Source of the DNA: Trichoplax sp. H2
Lineage: Eukaryota
Direction of reading: 5' to 3'
NCBI GenBank assembly: GCA_003344405.1
Contig: NOWV01000002.1
Location: 806,001-870,000 of the forward strand
DNA length: 64,000 nt
In this document: one piece after another, positions 27,459 through 41,900 of the stretch
Layout of the letters: each line of letters starts with the position of its first letter
How positions within the stretch are numbered: the first letter of the stretch is position 1
Translations under genes and position numbers: made by a program
The notes under the pieces: generated by a model
Told to the model about the DNA's origin: nothing
Databases searched by the model: none
What the model saw: the letters and a program-made list of their open reading frames with translations, nothing else

Positions 27459-30400
27459 CTAGATTATATCCTGTTCAAACCCAGATGATGATCCTCTGAT
27501 TTGTAGATACAATTAATAGATTAATGAGACTATGGCAAGAAATTAGGACAGCCAATAGACTGATCAAACCGTAAAATTACGTACCGTTTCCTTAACCGGC
27601 TTATTTCCCTTGTGGTTGAACGGAATAATAACTAAAAAAAATAAATTTGTCTTAGATGTATGATGCCCCATGAAATACTAATAAATACATTACAAATCCA
27701 AGTATCAATAGATGTACTGTAAACGATTTATGATTAAAGCAGTCGCAACTACAGAAAAAGCGGCTTACCAATGCAGATGCACCTTCTGATGCCATCAACA
27801 TGTAAAATACATGGGACCAACCCTATAAAAATACAGTGCGATGAAATGTTTACCATGTTGTACATGTTTGAATATAATAACGTTTAACAAATAAAATGAA
27901 AGAGTAATCAAAATAAGAGTTAGCTGAACTATATTGAAAGACTTACAGTCGGCACTATGTAACCAGTTAGTAGTGGTCCCATAGCCGCACCTGAAGTAAA
28001 TTAAGTTATATTTCATTATATCCACCACTTGCATTATAACTGCAGTGCCTTTCAGGATATCCCAAATATTTCTCAAGCGAAAAATATGGCATAGAGCAAC
28101 AACTTCAAATATATATTTCGAAACTAACCTATTCCACCAGTGCCGTTAATGATTGAACTCACAGTAGCTGTAGCTCTTTGATTACTCTTTAGTGATGGGT
28201 GATTTCCCTGATTTTATTCATGCAATATATTATGTTAACTACGATTAAATCTAACATTATATGTATTAGGCAATATGCAAGGAAATGGGGACCTACCAAT
28301 TCCGCAGAGACGGTAGTGATTATAAGTGCGCTAGGACCATAAACCGTGATACCACATAGCATCATAAGTACTAATAGGCGTATCAATTTACATTTATTAA
28401 AAGCAATATAAAAATAATAATAGAAATATATGTTTATCCAATTGTAAAACTTACCGATATTTACCGCTAAACTGATATGTCCAAAATAGTGATATATAAA
28501 TAGCTGTAAGTATAAAATGATAAGAATTACTTTTAGAGCCGTTTGTATTACTTAAGTGTATTTGCCTTCTTATCAAGAACTTAAAAATGCTTTACCGAAG
28601 GAACTGAGAGTAACAATAGGACAGTGCAAATAATAGCTTTGCATCCGGTCTTATCGATAATTAAGCCAGCACTTACACTACCTGTAATTGCATAAAATGA
28701 ATTTCAGTACAGTAGCAATTTAGTTTAATATGACTATTGAATAGCTATCTAATTTGTCTGCTAATTATTACCTATTATGCCTCCGAGATCAAAAAAGACT
28801 GAAAGGAAAGCAGACTTCTCTGAACCATACCGGACGCCATTAATATCTGTAACAGTAGAAACTTTCAGTATTACATTTTCTCGTCCGTAATAAATTGTAC
28901 AATAAATTTAAAATATTTACCAATATCATCCAGATAAAACGGTAACCAATAAATAAATGTATAGCTGACCAATTTATTAAAAAAGAGGGCAAAAGCGAAT
29001 ATGGCTACGCTCTGAAAATAACATTAAAGCAACATTTAACATAAAATTTTTATTTTACGAAACTAGGAAAAATGTCCATTAAAGAAAATTAAACTCACGT
29101 CAATTTTAATTGCATCAATAAACCTTATAGCAACTTTAGGTGGTGATTGCTGTCCAACGTTGAAGTAAGGAATAAGAATTTCGTAAGCATTAATACGTGG
29201 AAAGCATTGTATATCTATAAGTTTGTATTTACTATATTGCAAGAAGCTTTCTACACTCACATTATGGTGAATATCAGGCATATTAGCAGTATCAACTGAA
29301 TTTATACTACGATGACGAGAATGTAATAATCTTCCAGAGTTATCCTGCAGTATGTTAGATTCTTTCATGAGATAACAGCATACGTAAATTTATAGTATAC
29401 AATAGTACTCATTACGGTTAGTTAAATTATCATTAAAAGTATATATTGTACCTCTTCCACATAACTATTTGCCGTACTGTCATCCAGGAGCCTCTGTCGC
29501 TCACCCTTAGTGCGATCATGATCATAATTGTTAGTCATCTGTATTCATATTAAAATAATTGCAAAACTTTATACTGTAAAATGATTTTTATTTGGTAGAT
29601 TACCGAGTTACGATAACGGTTGATTTCGTCTTCGTCCTTTCGCAGTTTGATTATTGTTGAAAATGAATTACATTCATTAATAAAAGGCTGTATGGAATGG
29701 GAAATAACTAATAAGGTCTTATCTATAAAACTTGAATTAATTCATACATTTTGCTTCGGTTCTCGGCAGTCAACCTCAGAAGGTTCTTAAGGATAAAGTA
29801 ACATCAAAATTGAAAAGGAATAATAAAGATAACGCGGACTACATTATTACCGGCTCAGTAAATGTACGTTAGACCTATTTTTTATATGTTAAAAAAAGCA
29901 TTTCTATACCTGTAACGAGAGTAAAGAATGTAACTATTCCAAAGACGGCCATTAAGATACCAGGGACAACAAATGACCAGCCCCTATTAATTACAATAAT
30001 TACGTTTTTGAACTCTATACTCCGCACTCCTAAAGTACTACAACCACAAATATTTAATAACAAATATATTAGTCATTATTCATAAGTCATTAGTACCATG
30101 CCCCGCTTGCCCAAATACCAGGAATTATCGACCCAAGAATATTTCCAACAGAAGTATGTGAGTACCAAATACCCATTACTAAGCCTCTCCTACATTGGTT
30201 TAAATACGAACTTATTTAGCTTCGAAAATAATTTTTATATCAGTTATGATTATAGCATAAATGCTTTCTGCTGATTATTCTATATATTACCTTCCTTTTC
30301 CATACCAACTTGCAACACACGCAATTAAAATAGGTAATCCATTTGACTTTATAAAAAATTTAATAGGGTAAGCTTTATAACTAATATAGTATAATTTAAT

Positions 30401-33400
30401 ATGAAAAAGTTTAAACAATTTTAGATTATTGAAATATAATAATTTATTCAGTTTCTGAAGAATTATACCTGCACTAATCCATCTGCAATCTGTTTTACAA
30501 TAAAAATAAAGATGTAAGCAATTTTAAAGTGATTTTCAGATCAACAAAACTCAAAGGTTATATAGTTGCAAAGATAACTGACCTGGAAGACTACAAAGTA
30601 AGCATAGCTGTGTATTTTAAGGAAATAGCTTAGTCCAAGGGCAACTGTTACGACAGCAACAACTGTAGGTGGACAATTAAAGTTCTCCAATTAATATTTG
30701 AACTACTCGTATTTAATTTTAATAGTTATCTACAAGTTTCGCTTGAATTATCCATGAAGTACGAGATTGCAAGTTTAAGCAACTTACGTAGCATACTGAT
30801 AGTCAGAAAATATCTTTTATTGACCCGTTCAGCTATATAACCACTGTATCGATCAATAAAATTAAGTATTTAGTCATATCATATCGCATTGCGATTTCGC
30901 AGAACTGATACAGTACTGCGTGGTCATTCATTTTTATATCGATACAGGGTATAATATTAATAGTAAACCGTGTTATATCAAGACTTTAATCACTATACGT
31001 ATTTGACTTGCCTGACAATACCACCAAAAGCATAAAAGAGTAGAAAGAGCAGATCTAATACACCAAGCAGTTGACTTCCGTCGCTTGTACCTACAATGAA
31101 TTGTAATTAATTTACAGTTTTGAGAGATTTTATATGATTTCTGTTAAGCAAAGAGCTTGGTCGAGACAAAGGCCGAAATAATTTTGCGGATTTTCGATAT
31201 ATGGTATATTAACTAAACTAAATACGTGAGAAACTAAACATATTTAAGTGTGATATTTTTAGGTGGGATAAAAATTCTAACGAGGTTCAATGCAAATTAA
31301 AATCGCAAAATACAGTACTATTTTACCAAATGGTTTCCAATCAGGGCAGGGTACATATAAATGAGAGATGTTAGTATGATTTCCTTCAGCGCCAATAGCT
31401 GAGAGAAAATTTGAGCGAATTGGACCATGATCAAGGGTACAATTTGCCGTAAATAGAGAACTCTACAAGTAGTAATTTAGAAAGAAAGCGAGACATTTTT
31501 ATCATGGATAATATATTTAAGAAATATAATTAATAATTGGCTATGTAGTTATAACCGATAACTGCATTTAGGGGCCATAATGATTAACATAATAATTTAA
31601 TTTAAAACATGTTATAAACTTTACGAGTATGCAAGGATTGGTAATTTGTAAGCAGCCTGTTAGATATGTACATACAGTATATCGCTAAGTAGAAATTCTA
31701 ACTTTTTTGTAAGAATTTGATAATACTACCGAGATTATGATTATAGATATTAGTAAGTGATAATTTACTCGTCTATTAAAATTGTTCTGCTTTTAAATAA
31801 ATAAAAAATTTGATTAATACATATGGATTTATTGAATATCATTATTACCTTAACAACAGATATCACCTTTCTAGTGATGTGATAGTTAGTATAGCAAATA
31901 TACGTCAAGACTAACGTCCACATACCATACCTAAGTGAAATGAAGTTAACAGGCAATGTTAAACAATAGACTGGGAAAAGCTTCTATTATCGAAATACAG
32001 GCTAAACTTTATATGGGATAATAAAAAACTGAATAACTTCAAACCAATCTCTAGTATACTAAGTAGAAATCTAGCTACTGTTAAGTTTCAATCATTATAG
32101 CTGTAACTTGCGGTACAATATTATACGCCTATTAATCGCATAATGCTGAATATAGGTACGCGTATTACATACTGTTGGCTGCAGATGAAAACGTAGCTAC
32201 TGACTTATTCTACAGTAGAGCGAGTATTGTATTTATATCCATTGCGATCAGAATTCATTATTATATTATCTGTATCTTTGCTTCTACCATAATGGAGTTT
32301 GCAATATGCGTTTGTAAATTATAACGCAATTTAATTTGTTGCCATAGGTACTTGTAGTTGAATAATGAATTGATTAAGAAAATGCTATATGAAATTACTC
32401 AGTTGGTAGATAAATTTTGATACGAAGTAACATATTTGTTTATCATCTGAACATATGTTTACATTTACTTACAATACTATTTTTTGTACTAAAAGACTAC
32501 TTCATTGTAGCTATTTGTGCTACTACGAACTTTAATCATCAAGAAGAAAAACTCTTTTAAGTCATTTATTGCAAGTTTAGCGAGTTATTGACTACATTTT
32601 ATACTGAGTAAGAAGTAATCACGCTAACGAGTTCTTACTATATTCAATTGTAGAATTGTAGAAATCATAAAATGTTTGACAAGATTCATTGGCTTTGAAT
32701 TACTACAATTGGTCATTCATTTCGATGATGATCCTATACTCATGCAGGAAGAAATATCCCAAGAGCAGGACCTTCACGGGATCAGTACACACTTCCATAG
32801 TGCTGAGTTAAGAACTATTGGATAAGGTATTTACACTCATATTACACCTAGGTTTGATCTATTCGATAGAAGAATAAGTTGATGAATTCACTTGCATAAG
32901 TTTTAAAATTGTTCAACGTAAATGGTTTCAATAAGATAGTGAAATTCAAAGTGATGGACTGAAGTATTTTTGAGTTCGTTTGTTGATCGTGATTCTGCTA
33001 TTGATGATCATCAGTTAGCATACCCTATTAGCCTTCCAGTACTATGAAGACTTACAGTAAAGTGTTTATAAATATACTATAACAAAGTGGATTAGGAATA
33101 TGAGACTATCACACATTATCTTTACGTGATTATTTGCTAAATACAGTGAGTATAGTGCCCATAGAACCAATATTTTTCGATCCACTACAAGTTCGATTAT
33201 TTCCAAGATCAATCAGAGTATTCTTAGCATGTGCCTTACGCTCAAATACCTACGATGGGCATGTTAGCTGTTCTGTGCTCTCGATGCTTGAGTATTTTTA
33301 TATGGAAGTAAACTGCTGCAGAACATTATTGTTCCATAATAACTGTACTGTATTTGCTAATGGCTTTGAAGGTTAGTCCAAGACTTTTTACTTCAAATGC

Positions 33401-35168
33401 AATCAATACCTTGTATCCTTGACACAATGAATTGAGTAAGCAAAAACCGCTTTCTCTTCTACGGTTTATGAGCTAGTACAGTATATAATTTCATTGGACT
33501 ATCTACCAGATAGGTCGTACTGTGAATTTTCCATAATAGCAGAAGATCAATGTACCTTTATTCTTTCATTTTTTGAAAGAAAGAAACCATTTCATTTCCT
33601 CCATCTACAGCACAACCACAGGTAGAATAGGCTAAAGGGATTATGATTAATTATTTTCTATAAGGGTGATATCTCCCTTTGCTGACACAAGCACAGCGTA
33701 CAGCACGACAGTACATTTGGTTGACCAATAAAGAGTAATTTCATTGAGAAAATTCTAAAAATTGGTATCATTTCAAAGGGCGTAAAATGGTTTGCAAATT
33801 TCACGTTACTACAGCACAATAACACAATCTTGGATTGGCTAAAGTTATCACGACTAATTATTTTGCATAAGAGCAATATCTGCAATTCCTGAGACAAGCA
33901 GCATGATAGTTCGTGTGCATGATCAATCAAGGATAATTTCATTGACAAAATTCTACTAAGAATTTTATATCATTTGAAAGGATGTTGACATGATTGCAAA
34001 TATAGTATGACCTTGATACAATCTATTTTCGATAATGTTGATATCTCCTATTCCTGATATAAGCACAGCTAGCACACAGCATGATAGTATCAATCAAGGA
34101 TAATTTCATTAACAAAATTCTACTAAGAATTTTGTATCATTTGAAAGGATGTTGAAATGATTGCAAATACAATATGACCTTGGTATAATCTATTTTCGAT
34201 AATGGTGATATCTCCTATTCCTGATACAAGCACAGCTAGCATACAGTATGATAGTACAGTAGGTGTTGTTGATCAATCAAGGATAATTTCATTAACAAAA
34301 TTAACAAAATTCTACTAAGAATTTTGTATCATTTGAAAGGATGTCAAAATGATTGCAAATACAGAATGACCTTGGTACAATCTATTTTCGATAATGTCGA
34401 TATCTCCTATTCTTGATACAAGCACAGCCAGCATACAGCATGATAGTAGGTGTTGTTGATCAATCAAGGATAATTTCATTAATAAAATTCTACTAAGAAT
34501 TTTGTATCATTTGAAAGGATGTTGAAATGATTGGAAATACAGTATCAGCTTGATACAATCTATTTTCGATAAGGTTGATTTCTCCTATTACTGATACAAG
34601 TACAGTATACAGCATGATAGTAGGTAGGTGTTGTAGATCAATCAAAGGATGATTTCATTGACAAAATTCAACTAAGAATTTTCGACCACTTCAAGGCCGT
34701 CAAAATGAAACCAAACATCACTTTAGCACATTACTCCTAGGACAGCAGTGCAGTAAATAGACTAAAGTCGTCCTATCTCATTGGCTACGATAGCAATAAT
34801 ATCCTCCATGGATGACTTCCTTCCACTCCACTCATTATTATATCAATGAAGAATAATTCCAGCGAGAACATAGAGACCTAAAATAGTCTACGCAGCATTT
34901 GCAATGTCATGCAAAGCATGCACTTTCAACTCATTCAACGCCTTTATACCTTGGTTGAATAAAGCGTCCAATGATCATCATTTTGGGTGGGATAATAATG
35001 ATCATCAGACCGCCAATATAATCCCTACTATTATTACTTTAAATAAACTTACAAGGATTCTCTTTCTTGTCGCCTTAAAAAACGAATAAGTGGTGGAGCA
35101 TTTTTATCGATATTCCGGCGTCGAACGTGGCTATAGCCAACCGGTAAATCGTTGTCTTGTGAAGCCAT
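27459..35168 (-). CDS. SLC37A2: SLC37A1/2-type sugar-phosphate exchanger (MFS), tandem copy 1
   Basis: Exon 1 is 35168-35053 (MASQDND..APPLIRFLRRQERES). Then YGMWTLVLTYICYTNYHITRKVISVVK, CPDWKPF, GYIAERVNKRYFL, WYSHTSVGNILG, FNKLVSYTFIYWLPFY, FDLGGIIG, GPSALIITTVSAEL, TVSSIINGTG and GWSHVFYML. The last exon, ending EQDII* at 27459, is less certain. Confidence 0.88.
33664..34685. repeat. Tandem array, ~167-187 bp unit, ~5-6 copies, in intron 1 of SLC37A copy 1
   Basis: The anchor caatcaaggataatttcatt..caaaattctactaagaatttt occurs at ~33924, 34091, 34274, 34461 and 34638, with a degenerate copy at ~33725. Confidence 0.92.
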
Positions 35169-35771
35169 CAAGTCGTTGTCCTGCATTGCGTTTACAAGTT
35201 GAAGTGATCGATTGATGCCAAACAAAAAGGAACCACTACGGAATATATACTTTATGCGATACTAGAGTGGATTTTGGGGGGGATTCTCAATATTCTAATT
35301 AGCCTTAATATTCACAGAGTGGAGAAGGAAGAGGCTGAAAAAGTAGGCAGAAGAAGAATTTCCTATTTCAAACAGAAAATTAAATTTGTCAATTTGTTGA
35401 TTCCATTGGTTGCCGCCGCTATCCTACAAGTTGAATCGTGGGTGGACGCTACACTCGCCATTGAGTCGACTGACGACAGCAGTGAATAGTAAGTAGTTCG
35501 ACTGTAGGAGGTGTCAACAGAAAAATGAAAAGACGTACCGTATGTGTGTGTATCGTACAATAGCCGCAAGACCGTGGTGCATTGCATAGACAATGAACTC
35601 GATCGTGGTCAATTGCTATACTAATTGAGTCATTTCTCCAACGTATTACGTTATCGTGACGTGGGTGACGTGATTTCATAGCAGGTCAGTCACTTGAAGG
35701 TCGGCAAGTCTCGTTCAGGTCACGAGAGCTACGCTTGTCAATCCGTCAGTACTTCTAAGTCTGGAAATGGC

Positions 35772-36760
35772 AGTCAATCTGTTGACCTAATCCGCTAGTC
35801 CACAAGCAATCTAGTGCTGCAGCTAAAGTATTGGAGTCCAATGCATGACACTCCTAACCGTCTAACTGCTATACTTGATTATTGATGTCGAATTTGCTTG
35901 TCCATGGTGAATCAATAAAACTTTTCATGTTGATTTTTACATCAATCTTATATCAGTGATAATATCTGTATCGATCTCGAAATTGGAGTCAATCCGTTCA
36001 CCTAATCCGCTAGTCCACAAGCAATCTAGTGCTGCAGCTAAAGTATTGGAGTCCAATGCATGACACTCCTAACCGTCTAACTGCTATACTTGATTATTGA
36101 TGTCGAATTTGCTTGTCCATGGTGAATCAATAAAACTTTTCATGTTGATTTTTACATCAATCTTGTATCAGTGATAATATCTGTATCGATCTCGAAATTG
36201 GAGTCAATCCGTTGACCTAATCCGCTAGTCCACAAGCAATCCAGTGATGCAGCTAAAGCGTTGGAGTCCAACGCACGACACTGCTATACTTGATTGATAT
36301 CGAATTTGCTTGTTTATGGTGAATCAATAAAACTTTTCATGTTGATTTTTACATCAATCTTGTATTAGTGATAATATCTGCTTAGATCAGTGAAAGCTCA
36401 TCATATTAATGATACTTCTGAAAATATCATATCTCTATTACAATTATTGGACACGATCAATATTAGCAGTATTAGTCAATCCGTCAGGACTTCTTCAAGT
36501 CTTTCATTAAATCGGAGTCAATCCGTTCAACTAATCGCTAGCCCACAAGCAATCCAGTGCTGCACCCTAAGTATGGAGTCGAATGCACGACACTGGTATT
36601 TGCTATACTTGATTGATGTCGAATTTACTTGTCTATGGTTAATAAATAAAAGTTATCATGTCGATTTTACATCAATCGATCATCAGTGATAATATCCGTA
36701 TAGATCAGCGAAAGCTCATCATGCTAATGATATTTATGAAAATATCACCTATTTTTCCAG
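35772..36760. repeat. Tandem array, ~215 bp unit, ~4 copies, upstream of SLC37A copy 1
   Basis: gtcaatcygtt.acctaatccgctagtccacaagcaatc occurs at 35773, 35988, 36203 and 36517. The first two units are nearly identical. Confidence 0.92.
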
Positions 36761-38940
36761 ATATTCATAGAGATAAAAGAAAAATTCACACTAATAATAC
36801 CAAATCGAAGCTCGATTCGCTTCTCAACTTGCAACAGGCTTTCCTACTATCGAATCATAATACTATTGATATACGATTGAGTATCAAGAATTTACTGGGT
36901 CCGTCTAATGTACTTAATCCATATCATTTTATAAATAGTTAATAATTAGAATTAGAATTGAACTAGAATGAATTAAGAATCAGTCAAAGGCATCGATTGA
37001 TTTACTGATGATTCTATCTCCAGCTACTGCTTAATTGTTGGCTGAATTGCATAAAGAGTACAACGAATGTATGATCTGTCTCTTCTTTCATCAGCCCAGC
37101 TCTAAGTTATAAAGGATGCTGACTGATTACACTGAAATAAGATTCTATCCACCATCAATCTGCATACCGTAGTGACATCTTCGTATTGAACGATGAAAAA
37201 TGAACAAAAATAATTTCCGCCAGCGCCAACCTTATTAATGGAGTCATTATCTACAGCCACTGGTTTTAGCAGCTTTAGACAACACTTTAGCGTACAATAA
37301 TAAACTGAAATAATTACAGTACTGTTGATTGTAAATAAAAATATATTATGTAAATCTCTTCTTTCTTCACTGGTCATGTGTATCTTATACAGTCATTAAA
37401 CAGATATTTTGATCCTATAGTAACCCTTGATCAAAATAATAGCTAGATCTGTCTGAATTATAATGATGAATAATTTAAGGTGACATTTCACACTACTTCG
37501 ATGGTGTTCAGTAAGTTTTTGAATATCTCTTCTTTATTCATTAGCTTAGAATGTTCCCGTGCATAAGTAGTGATCCCATAGGAATCCTTTACTTAGGGAG
37601 AAAATGACATTCATTCTCCGTTCCGCTCTGCGTTTAATATCAAATCGAGTAAATAGGACAGCAATGGTGTACAGCTAGTGATACTCTTGCTTAGATGAGG
37701 TAAGTAAAGATGAGATCGTCATTTTTTTATTGTTCCACAACACCATAGTAATTACTACTGCTAGATAGAAATCTTTGTAAGGAATGGCAATACAGTAGAA
37801 GCAGCTCCTATTCATTTATAGAGTTTGAAATTACTTGGCGTTGCACTACTGCAATTTCGATACTCATCACAACTTTATCCAAACTTTGCCAACACAGCAA
37901 TTTTGTAGTCTTTTCATCAATCATAGGCATTTTTTATTCGTTAACAAAATGTGCTGATTATTAATAATAGATGCTGCAGCTAAGTTAACGTCTATGTTGA
38001 AAGCTTACAGCATGTCTTAGTATGTAATACTGTATATAGAATAAATTTTTATAGTATTAATTTATAATACTATAGATATAGGATATTTTAAACACTTACG
38101 GCGTCTTTTATTTTTAGTCGTATAAAAGCATTTCTATCGTAATGATTTCTCAATTACTAACACTTGTATAGTAGTAATTGATGTGGTCACTGTGGCACTC
38201 ATACGTCGTACACTGGCCATAGCCTACTACGAGCGTACAAACCGTGGTGTAAAGTTTGTTCTTGCCAATAAAATATTCTTCTAGTACTTATATTGCTATT
38301 CCGGTAATTCAAAATATGCAATCATTGTCTTGTCATTATAATCAGAATAATTTAGATTTACATACAGTAACGATAGTTATGGATACAATTTCTTATACAC
38401 GATACACTTATACACTTATATCGTATACGCTCATAGAAGGAAAAGACAATTAGACCATCAAATTTGTTCGATGGAAATATTGGTCAAGATACATTTCTAT
38501 TTTGCCTTCGTAATAAAATATATCTTCGAAGATGAATAACTATGTGCAATAGAGGCCATGGCTATGCTATTTTATGAAAATGAATTAATGAATATTTATC
38601 AAAGTAAGATCAACCTTCTTGGTAAAAGCACAAGAAAAAAATTGATTATAAAAAGTGATGATTCAATGCACCGACATCTATTTCTCATCTTCCATAAAGC
38701 TGTTGGAAATACAGTAATTAAAAAATAATGACAGTTTACCATACTAAAATAGTTCATTCTTAGCAGACAAAGGATTCAATCGCATCTGTCCAGTAGTTTG
38801 CAATTAAGACCGTTCAAAATAACAGCAATAATAAAATTGAAATTATCCAAATAGAATCCGGGAATGAAATTGGCATTTAGCGCTTTAATATAAGCGACGT
38901 TTCTTCCGACGATAATTATAATTACATGTCATAACTAGTA

Positions 38941-41900
38941 TTATGCAGTAGCGACTACTTTGCCATTTTCGTTGAACGAGTACGTTCTTTCGCTTCTATA
39001 CAAAATAACGTTAATAATTTTGTTAGAATGATAGGCATAAATATTTTGAACTATCATAATATATTAAAATTGGTCCCAAGTAATCTGAAACATACCGATT
39101 ATTTTTGCAATATCCCTTACACTCTTTAATCAGAGGGCCTAGTAAAGCCTAAAAATAGACGTCCATATTCATCACAAGGTAATATAAGACAAACCACGCT
39201 TATAAACTATTTTTTTTCGATACGATTTAGATTTCTGAGCAACAAAACTAAGTGTGGTTACTTACAAGAAGCGAACACAATTCAGAAGCCATCATAGTAT
39301 AGAATACGTTCATCCAACCCTAAGGAAAAGCAGAATCGCACCGTTATGCCATTGTAATTCACTCAGACTACTTGCACGATCTTCTATACGTATTCAATTT
39401 TCGTACATATTCTTTTAACTATATGACTTACTGTTGGTTGTATGATGCCTGCTAGTAAAGGTCCCAACGCAGCACCTTGGAAGTGGTTATGTCAATTGTC
39501 GGTTAGTATAGAAGTTGTTAAATGATATACGCATAGAGCCAGTTATACTAACCTAATGAGCCTGTAGAATCTATAATTGCCGTTACAGTAGCGGTAGCTT
39601 CTTGATTTCCTTGAAGTGATGGGTTATGTCCCTAATTAATCAGAGGGCAGTATTCGTTATCAAAGAGCGGAAACGATGATATTGATCAAATTAAAACAAC
39701 TAAATTTTCAACGTACCAGTTCAGCTGATACTGCTGTGGTAATTAATGCGTATGGTCCATTGACAGTTATGCCAGAAAAAATCATTAACACTACAACAAA
39801 TGCAGATATCCATCCATCAATTTCATTTCATTACCTATTACTGTAACAAATTATAACTTGACAAGTAGAAAAACATTACTTACAAATATTTAATCCTAGA
39901 CTCTTCGTTCCGTACAATTGATATACAAAGAGCTGTTAATTGAATAATAAAAAAATGCCATTACATGTATGCAACAATATCAAGATAATATAAATATCCA
40001 AAATCCCTAAAATTAATACATCGATATCTTATATATATCGATACTTACAATAGGAATAGAAGCTGCCAACATTATTATACAAATTAGTGCTTTTGCGCCA
40101 GTCTTGTCAGTCAATATACCAGCTAGTACGCCCCCTTTTTACAAAATAAAATGATTTAAACTTATTTTGATGAAGGCATAGCTTATTATGACGGGGTTTA
40201 TGGTAGACTTTAAAGTATTACCAAGCACTAATAATGCAAATTAAATACAATACTAAGTTGTCATACCGATGATTCCTCCAACATCAAAGAAGATAGAAAG
40301 GAATGCGGCTTTCTTACCACCATATCGAATTCCTCCAATAACTACGCAAAAAGGCATATTCGTATTGTAAGAGGAAGACAGTCATAAAAAATAACAAAAC
40401 TTTGAGATAAAAAATCGGATGTCAAACAAACTACGTACGTATATTATCCAGATAGAAAGGCAGCCAAAATAGGAATGTATAGCTGACAAGTTTATTAAAA
40501 AATAAGGCCAGGGAAAAGTACACAACGCCCTAAATAATTATACCTATTTAGTAATAGTTAGAGAAAAGAGCGTAAAGGTTGTATTCTTCATCATACTTCA
40601 ATTCTCAACGCTTCTAAAATTGTTATAGCCTTGTGAGTTTGCGGAGCCTACAAAATATAATATTTTGGAGAGTCAATTACGAAATAATCGATTTTGACAC
40701 AAAATAATAATGTCTTATAACATAGACAAAATAGTATTAAGTTCAAAAATTAGATAGCAGTTACAATATCATTACATTGTAATTAATTAGGCAGTGGATA
40801 GCTATTATTACTGACATAAAGATTATTAATTTAAGGTTACATTGCATAATAATCCTATACATTAGCTTACCTCCTGAGTTATAGTCTCTGCAGTTTCTGC
40901 CGATGCTAAAAGTTGGTCTCGTTCGTTCTAAATTTGGGTACATTCAATTTCGCTATCAAAATTTTATATGAAAAAACTAGCTAAACGATGTCAATTTCGT
41001 ACAAATTGCAATTGGTCACTTGTTGATGATTCTTCAGATGGCTCATCCTGTAGACAATTTACAATATTAGTTAATATAAATCTAGCATCAAACAATTTAC
41101 GAAAGTTTGATGAAATAATAATTATGCTATTTTTTTTAAAACGAAATCTGCAAAGCATTAGTAGCTTACATTTTGGCGCGGTTTAGCACAATCGACTTCA
41201 TCAGGCGCTAAGAATTAAATCGTTAAAATAATTTTAGATCACGAATAATCAAATATTATACCTTTAGTATGTCTGTTACTCTATAAATTCTTAGCATAAT
41301 TATATATCAAATAAAATTACCTGCTACAAGAGTTAAGAAAACCAAAACTGCAATAACTGCAGTTATGATAGCTGGAACAATGAATGACCAACCCCTGATC
41401 GTTAAATATAAAGAAATATTCATTCTTTCACTTGATATTATTACTACCAAGAGTTAGCTACAGTAAATATTATTCTTGAAGGGTTCAACACCAATAAGTC
41501 TAGTAAAAATTAGTACACGTTATTATTTTAATTTAATCTTACCAATTACCCTGCGCCCATAATCCTGGAATCACTGAGCCCAACATGTTGCCAAAAGATG
41601 TATGTGAATTCCACACTCCCATGATAAAACCTCTCCTATAAATTTTTACAAAACAGCGGACTCATTTAGCCATTAGGAGAAGTCCATCATGCTAATTTAT
41701 TGATAAGTATAGACATCTTACTTGCTTTTCCCATACCAGTTGGAAACAATTGCTACAACAGTTGGCCAGCCTGTCGACTATAAGATAAGATGAGTCGAAA
41801 TGAATGCAAATGTTATCTGTTTTCGTACAATAAAAGGATACTTGTTGCAACTAGATAATTATCAGTAGCCATGCATAGAATAATATTATCCAATGTTACC

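Noticed and set aside
35274..35679. Cluster of short ORFs upstream of SLC37A copy 1
   Set aside because: They lie in a slightly GC-richer promoter/5'-UTR region with no homology or consistent splice chain.
41832..41842. Perfect U12-like donor GTATCCTTTT on the minus strand in SLC37A copy 2
   Set aside because: It lies inside an ordinary GT-AG intron whose boundaries match the paralogues, and no TCCTTAAC branch site follows.
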